Source of the DNA: Candidatus Bathyarchaeota archaeon
GTDB taxonomy: Archaea; Thermoproteota; Bathyarchaeia; 40CM-2-53-6
NCBI GenBank assembly: GCA_963833125.1
Contig: CAWHWX010000028.1
Span: 97,985 to 129,984, forward strand
Length of the DNA: 32,000 nt
Direction: 5' to 3'
Part shown: one piece after another, positions 26,233 to 32,000 of the stretch
How the letters are laid out: every line of letters begins with the position of its first letter
How positions within the stretch are numbered: the first letter of the stretch is position 1
Notes under the pieces: model-generated
The model's database searches: none
Told to the model about the DNA's origin: nothing
Seen by the model: the letters and a program-made list of their open reading frames with translations, nothing else
Position numbers and translations under genes: made by a program

Positions 26233-27824
26233 CTATTCTGGTGGGATTGACATATACAGCAAGGAGAGGTCGATTCCCTCTCTGGCCCTATAGTACTTTG
26301 CCACCCCGTAAATAACTAGGGGTATGGCGAAACTGGCAAAGATAATCGCATACGATCCCAGGCTAGTTGGTCCGATAGCTGGAGTTACTGATGCGGCGTA
26401 GATTAGGAAGACTAGAAATGCAGCCGATAAGGCGGATAGGATTGAAACTACGGGGACCTTTGCGATGTTTATCTTCCAAATGCTATTTTCATACAAATCC
26501 TTCCTTCGATATGGGTAGACAATTCCAGCGATCGCAACTAGCAGTAGGTCTGCGGCAAACCAAATCGTGCCGTTGAGGAAGAATGAGAGATATGGAGTAT
26601 AGGCTGCAAAATAAAGCGCGATAAGAGACCCGATTCCTGCCACTATCGCCACGTAAATCGGTGAGGCTGTACGGGCTGATACTCTTGCAAATATTTCGGG
26701 CATAACTCTGTCAAACGCCCAAGCGAACATTGACCGGCTAGCTGTGAGAAGAAATGCGAGCATATTGAGTACCATAGCTAATGCCATATAGACTGAGATA
26801 ATCGATAACAAGACCACATTATTAGTGAGCAAACCAGCGTAGAAGTTAATCCAAGGAGGAGCGCTCAGCGGATAATGGGACGTTCAAAGAACAAATAGCC
26901 TGAAGCGCTGAGAAAGTCATAACCCGCAGTTTTCATCAACAGTTCCCCTCCGATCCAGTCCATTATGCCGCAGAACAGGAATCCTCCCATCAATGCCAGT
27001 GGGATTGTCTTCCGCGCGCCGATCTCACCTCGCCAGCCACATACACCGGATATGTTGGCCCCTGTCCTAAGAATACGAAGGCCGGCGCAGACGCTAACAT
27101 GGTCGCGAATAATGCGGGGCGTACCGATGTCCAACCATTTTGCGAGGCGGTTTGAATAATCCCAGAATATGTGGCAACTCCGTCTCGGTTTCTGGTTAAA
27201 GTTGGCGATGAAAGTCGCATTACTATTTAGCGCAAGCAGACCGAACACGACGACTACTCCTATCATACTTACAAAGAACAGAACCCGGTTCACTTGCGAA
27301 ATGATCTTTATGCGTAGAGCCAACACAGCGGTCATGAAGAGAACCACGACAACACCTATCGCAAATGCAGTATTCACATCCGTAAATTGAACTGCAAGGC
27401 TAGAAATGGCCGGATTTTGCAATGAAAATCCCATTGCTGCAAATCCTGGAGCAAGCATGAGAGTTGAAAGATAATAGGAGTCTAAGCCTATCGCAAAAAA
27501 GCACTCAGCGTTATTGAGAAGTTCATTATGAAACCATAACCTGGACTTATGGTCCTGCCCAGGAAGACATAGTCCCCCGCCCAGATCGAGGCATAGCCGT
27601 CGCGAAGTAAACATATACCGCCGCAATTAGCAGTCCAGGTATTAATGCTGCAAGGAATGTAAAAGCTGGATCTGCACGGGGTATAGATACCCAAAGAATC
27701 CATACCCTGCGGCACCACCAAATGGAATATCCGAAATCCCCACAGCGATTATGAAAGCGTCTAGCGCTGTCAGATCCCTTACAAGACCTGTTGCTTCCCG
27801 GACAAAGACCTTGGGCTTAGACAT
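26233..27824 (-). pseudogene. APC-superfamily amino acid/polyamine permease, at least five frameshifts
   Basis: The pieces 27642..27824, 27488..27721, 26865..27626 and 26233..26832 are in different frames. Joining frames by hand restores ...ADPAFTFLAALIPGLLIAAVYVYFATAMPRSG / GDYVFLGRTISPGYGFIMNFSITLSAF / FAIGLDSYYL.... One switch is at the run gggcggggg near 27568. Confidence 0.75.
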
Positions 27825-28082
27825 TCTTTCACAGTGAAAGAATTTCCAGCAACCTGTATTTATGTTATTGCCTTCTTCATCAAGTCATCTTCTCTCCCTT
27901 GATTATAGTTGTGTTTTTCAGTCGTGCGACCTGAAATTGTTCCTAATTTGGAAATTTGAAAAATAATACTAATCTTGACATATGATGCGTCGTGTGACCG
28001 TATGTTGTCGAGGAAGATTTGAAAAATAAATCTTCTTCACGCCATACAATCGAAAGTCCTTATTATGTAGTAACTCCCGTGT

Positions 28083-29184
28083 GTGATTGCAGTACGACCG
28101 AAATTGAGCAAGATCCGGGTCGGTCTTATCGGGCTGGGTATGATTTCCAAGAACCATTTAAGTGCTTACCAGAAGATAGGTGAAATCGCTGAGATTGTTG
28201 CCGTTGCCGACGTAAGAAAAGAATTGGTGCAGCGAACTGCAAAAGAAGTAGCTGCAGAGAGTTACTATGATTATCGGGAATTGCTTCAAGACGACAAGGT
28301 TGACGCTGTCGATATTATGCTCCCACACAACCTGCATCTTCAGGCAGCAGTCGACGCTGCGGCGGCAGGGAAGGACATATTTATCGAGAAACCACTTGCC
28401 AGAACTGCAGCCGAAGCAACCAAAATCGTCGAAGCAACGGACCGTGCTGGCGTAAGACTGATGATCGGAAACAATCTGCTCTTTCATCCGGGTGTCCAAA
28501 AAGCACGTGAGCTAATCGAAAAGAAATATCTGGGCAAAATTGTCCTCGAAAGCATGGTCATTAGGGTGGTTCCTTTACAATGTTGGTATATCCAAGTATC
28601 GAAAGTCTGTCGAGCAAACGGGGGGTGGTAGCCTAATTGACACGGGAACTCATTTCATCTATTTGCTGCGAAACCTTGTGGGTGACGTGGAATCTGTCGC
28701 TTGCTGCACAGGCAACCTGCTAAATGATCTTCACAAGAGTGTCGACCACGTTGACTTCGTACCTGAAGGAGAAGATACAGCTGTTCTTATTTTCAGATTT
28801 AGGAACTCGGCGCTTGGAGAACTCACAGTGAGTTATTCCACTGCTGGTTAGAAGGATGGGAAATGTTTTGGCCTTATGGGTGGGATCAGCGACTTCAATT
28901 ATACGGATCGGAAGATACCCTCTCACTAGATCTTCCAAACCTCACTCTCTCTGTCTCCTCTGAGAAGGACCTACAAGGTGATGTTAAGGGGAGGATTTCA
29001 ATTCCCGTGGCGGGTGACTATGGTGAAACCTTCGATGGTGAGATCAAACATTTCGTCGAAGGAAGTACTTCATAAAACGGATTTTATGAAAGGCGTTCGA
29101 GGGCAGGACGCAGTCGAAGATCTAAGAGTGATCGAAGCAGCCTACAAGTCTTCCAAACTTGGAAGCATGACACAAATCAACTGA
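28083..29184 (+). pseudogene. Gfo/Idh/MocA family oxidoreductase, at least three frameshifts
   Basis: The N-part is 28083..28631 (IRVGLIGLGMISKNH...FIEKPLA). The gene then continues through 28540..28851 (GGGSLIDTGTHFIYLLR), 28863..29075 and 28978..29184 (AVEDLRVIEAAYKSS), each in a shifted frame. Confidence 0.8.
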
Positions 29185-29289
29185 ACTCAATTCATATTGA
29201 TTAAGAGCATAATGTGAAACGTGCATCTTGAAGATGTCGTTGAAGCTTAAATTAAAGCAAGGGTCTCCGATCTCGAGGAAGCTTCGGAC

Positions 29290-30197
29290 TTGGGTCAATT
29301 CTTCGTGGGTCTAAACAACACATGGGCTGTGAAGAGATTCGCTGAACCTGAGGTTTGGGCGGAAATTGCAGCGACAAAAATGGACGTCGATCTCATACAG
29401 TTTTCATTCGATCTACTCGACCCAATGATTGGCGAAGACTGTCCTAAACGAAATGATACCAAGAACGCTAGATTCTTGCACGAAGTACGGAATAAAACTG
29501 CAAAGTTGTTTTACAGGCGTTATCGGATACACCAACAATCTTCTGTTACATCCCTCCTCGAAAATGAGAAAACACGCATTTGACTGGTACTCAAGCGCCG
29601 TCGGCATCAGCGGGAGGCTCCATGTGGAAACTGTAGGAGGCCATATGGGAGCGCTAACATTGAAGGATTTCAACGATACACGGCGGCGGGAGTCTCTGCT
29701 TTCGGAGCAAGTGGAGCATGTCACATCTTTGTCTCGATTATGTAAGGAGGCAGGATTGGAGACGCTATTATGGGAACACATGCCTGTATCCAGAGAACCA
29801 CCATCGACAATTGATGAGGCACGAAACCTACTACAACGAGTCAACAGAAACTCATCTGTCCCTGTCAAGTTATGTATCGATGTGGGTCATGCGTGCAATC
29901 CGAATGTGAAGGACCCTCGTGACAGAGACCCGTACACGTGGCTAAGCGAATTAGGTTCAGAATCTCCGTGCGTTCATCTTCAACAGACAGACGGAAAGGG
30001 AGATAGACACTGGCCTTTCACGGATGAATTCAACAAGCTAGGAGTAATTGACGGAAAGAGGATCATTTCATCGCTTGAGGAGAGGCGCTGGCAGGACGTA
30101 TCTTTATCTCGAAGCAATTCCAGCATTTGAACAAGACGATAATCAAGTAATCGAAGATATGACTAAGAGCATACAGTACTGGAAAGAATACGTGTAA
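29290..30197 (+). pseudogene. Xylose-isomerase-like TIM-barrel protein, at least two frameshifts
   Basis: The gene runs from 29290..29583 to 29429..30130 (ETLLWEHMP...KLCIDVGHA...VHLQQTDG). A third frame then gives GAGRTYLYLEAIPAFEQDDNQVIEDMTKSIQYWKEYV, with the stop at 30195-30197. Confidence 0.75.
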
Positions 30198-30445
30198 TTT
30201 GTATGCAATCGCACCACTACTCTCAAATTTGCTGCCCCAGTCTTCAAGTCAAGCTTTGGGTTACACTTGATATGTAGTTACGAGGCGTTTTTGCATAAAC
30301 CCCGGAAGTGCCCATTTCGACGGCACTCTGAACGCAGTTATTGTTTCTCTTGACGGAAAACTGCGGAACTATATGTTCGTGAACGGATAGAAACGTCGTG
30401 AAATTTTTAGATATTTGTCAGGTCGCAACCTGGTGTAGATAATAT

Positions 30446-30497
30446 TTGGAGTCCGAGATGGGAATCATATTACTAGTTCGGTTCCTTGACAATATAA
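30446..30497. repeat. Right copy of the roughly 52-bp direct repeat bracketing the 9.7-kb island
   Basis: ttggag-tccga-gatgggaatcatattactagttcggttcc-ttg-acaatataa. The 29-nt core (30457-30485) is identical to 20743-20771. Confidence 0.85.
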
Positions 30498-30944
30498 ATT
30501 GTCGAAGTAACACGGTTCTGTTAACAGAACCAGTAATACCCCAGGATTGGTTGATGCTTGCGTAGCTGAGGTCTACGTGCGCCGAGAGAGAACCCGGATG
30601 TGCAACTTCTTATTCGGATTGCTTTTTCGATGTCTCATTTAGTCCGGGATAGGTGACCCACAAGCCGCGAATAGAATTGTGAAAGAAGATCAATTGATTT
30701 AACCTCTACAAACTCGTCGGGACCATGCAGATTACCTCCTCGTTCGGAATGCAATCATCTTTTCGCCGCTAATGCTCTCGACAATCAATCCTGTTTCTGC
30801 ATCTTTGTCAAGCGTCTTTAGAAGTACAGGTTTAGCGTCTGGCAATTGATAACGTAAACTACTTTCCGTAAGCACAATTATGCTTTTTGCCTAAGCAAAA
30901 GCTCGATAAACAGGAGTTCACTTACCACGCTAGCGGTTTGAGAC

Positions 30945-31319
30945 TTGGATGTCGAGAAGTTCGCTCAAGAAGCGTTCAGGCGCGACAGCAAGATTCGATA
31001 TGTGGGAGTCGTGGACAGCCAGTTTCATCTTCTCCTCTCAAAGATGCGTGAGGGGGTTGAGAGCATATCTACTGCGGATGATGATCGAAGTTTCGTGCAA
31101 CTCATGCCTCCCATCATCGTCGATGCAGCCGAAAAGCTGCAACATATACTTGGCAACTTGGAGTCTGTGACGATCCGATATGAGAAAGTCCTCCTCGTAT
31201 TCTTTAGGGTCAAGAAACTTGTTGTAGTCCTTAGTTACAACCCAGAAGTTACGACGCCGTTCATTAGCGCCTCCTCAGACCTCATAGGAATGTTAGGAAC
31301 AACCTATCTTGGCGAGTAA
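30945..31319 (+). CDS. Hypothetical small protein, possibly Roadblock/LC7 (MglB-like) fold
   Basis: 124 aa with a TTG start. The alternating pattern IRYVGVVDSQFHLLL...IIVDAAEKLQ...VTIRYEKVLLVFFRVKKLVVVLSY suggests an alpha-beta-beta-alpha Roadblock-type fold. This is pattern recognition only. Confidence 0.35.
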   Translation: MDVEKFAQEAFRRDSKIRYVGVVDSQFHLLLSKMREGVESISTADDDRSFVQLMPPIIVDAAEKLQHILGNLESVTIRYEKVLLVFFRVKKLVVVLSYNPEVTTPFISASSDLIGMLGTTYLGE

Positions 31320-31574
31320 GATTTAGTGCTTTTATCCTCATGATTCTTGGAGGCATTTTGAATCAAAGTCAACCACTTGTCTTTTCATTCCACTTTGATT
31401 TTCGCAACTTCGGCGGGTGACTTACCTTTCACGCTCGATGTGGTCGAATGTTAATTGCGTTGTCCGCGCAAGCATACAATCGTCGTTCTCAAAAGCAAAG
31501 ATTAGAGGGAACAGAGTTCAAATTGCGGATTTCGTAACCGGCTGATCGGACTAGGTTTAGGACTGAGTAACTTT

Positions 31575-32000
31575 ATGGTGCGACGGGTTTCTGGGCTCGA
31601 TAGGTTGCTCACGTTCGTTCACTCTTTTGGTCCTGCCTGGGTGGTTATGATTGCTGACGTGGATGCCGCAAGCATATTGACTGCGGCAGCTGATGGCGCC
31701 CTGTATGGGTACTCGCTTGTCTGGTTTCTACTCCTTTTGATTGTACCTTTGTTCGTGATTCAGGAGGCTGCTGGAAGAATTGGGGTTGCAACTGGTAAGG
31801 GGTTGGGTGAGATTATCAGAGAGAATTATTCTCGGAGAATTGCGCTGCTGACGAGTGTCCCGATGGCGTGTACAGACATTCTGAGTTATGTTGCTGAGTT
31901 TACGGGAATCGCGATTGGTTTTCAGCTTCTGGGTGTTGCACCAATTCTCTCCTTACCCGTGGTCTACTTGGTTTACCTCGCTATTGTTTGGAAGCGAGGG
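31575..32000 (+). CDS. mntH: NRAMP family divalent metal (Mn/Fe) transporter, 5-prime partial (runs off the window)
   Basis: It is not in the ORF track because no stop is reached. The frame from the ATG at 31575 reads FGPAWVVMIADVDAASILTAAADGALYGYSLVWFLLLLIVPLFVIQEAAGRIGVATGKGLGEIIRENY, matching the NRAMP N-terminal consensus (GPG-x-x-x-x-x-D-x-G/A...Q-x-G-A-x-x-G...QE...RLG-x-x-TGK-x-L). Confidence 0.8.
   Translation, partial: MVRRVSGLDRLLTFVHSFGPAWVVMIADVDAASILTAAADGALYGYSLVWFLLLLIVPLFVIQEAAGRIGVATGKGLGEIIRENYSRRIALLTSVPMACTDILSYVAEFTGIAIGFQLLGVAPILSLPVVYLVYLAIVWKRG

Noticed and set aside
20988-30197. Programmed ribosomal frameshifting as the explanation for the split genes.
   Set aside because: At least 15 switches occur in both directions across eight unrelated genes. 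No shared slippery motif is present, and one gene has a mutated start codon. Decay or consensus error are the only realistic options.
30732-30875. 47-codon minus-strand ORF (GTG start; ...LPDAKPVLLKTLDKDAETGLIVESISGEKMIAFRTRR).
   Set aside because: The composition looks protein-like, but the ORF is below the size threshold, has no ATG and matches no family I recognise. The evidence is too weak to call.
1-32000. CRISPR arrays, rRNA genes, IS transposases or recognisable defence systems.
   Set aside because: No regularly spaced direct repeats, no rRNA-like conserved stretches, and no transposase or nuclease-helicase defence-type ORFs appear in any frame.

Overview
Archaeal chromosomal window. 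It is TACK-type and probably related to Nitrososphaerota/Thaumarchaeota, an inference from the Cdv division genes, Alba and PEFG-like C-terminal sorting tails.
- 0-9 kb (intact core genes): YjbQ, Alba, and a compact six-gene Cdv/ESCRT-III cell-division operon (cdvB-like, cdvA, cdvB with winged helix, vps4/cdvC, an embedded Lrp/AsnC regulator, a third cdvB-like gene). A GT-C membrane glycosyltransferase and arginyl-tRNA synthetase follow on the minus strand.
- 9.2-12.6 kb: a roughly 3.3-kb decayed integrated element. It is bounded by a perfect 34-nt direct repeat equal to the 5-prime half of tRNA-Arg(CCG). It carries an intact tyrosine integrase next to the complete tRNA and two frameshifted surface-protein genes.
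- 12.9-15.4 kb: two intact secreted proteins with an unusual IPEYP[YFL]G-TM-basic C-terminal sorting tail, a membrane-anchored protein, and an EF-Tu-like protein with degenerate GTPase motifs.
- 15.5-20.4 kb: EamA transporter, isocitrate/isopropylmalate-type dehydrogenase, a trio of small tail-anchored/hairpin membrane proteins, ferritin, a Cys/His-rich mini-protein and hypotheticals.
- 20.7-30.5 kb: a 9.7-kb island bracketed by roughly 52-bp direct repeats. All eight genes are broken by frameshifts: three Gfo/Idh/MocA oxidoreductases, two xylose-isomerase-like TIM-barrel proteins, a Zn-dependent dehydrogenase, a two-domain GNAT and an APC permease.
- 30.9-32 kb: a small Roadblock-like hypothetical and the 5-prime part of an NRAMP transporter.

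No rRNA genes, CRISPR array or transposase were seen. Several conserved N-termini force TTG or GTG starts (dehydrogenase at 16494, ferritin at 18951, cdvB at 2613). All family assignments come from reading the translated ORFs by eye. No database search was run.
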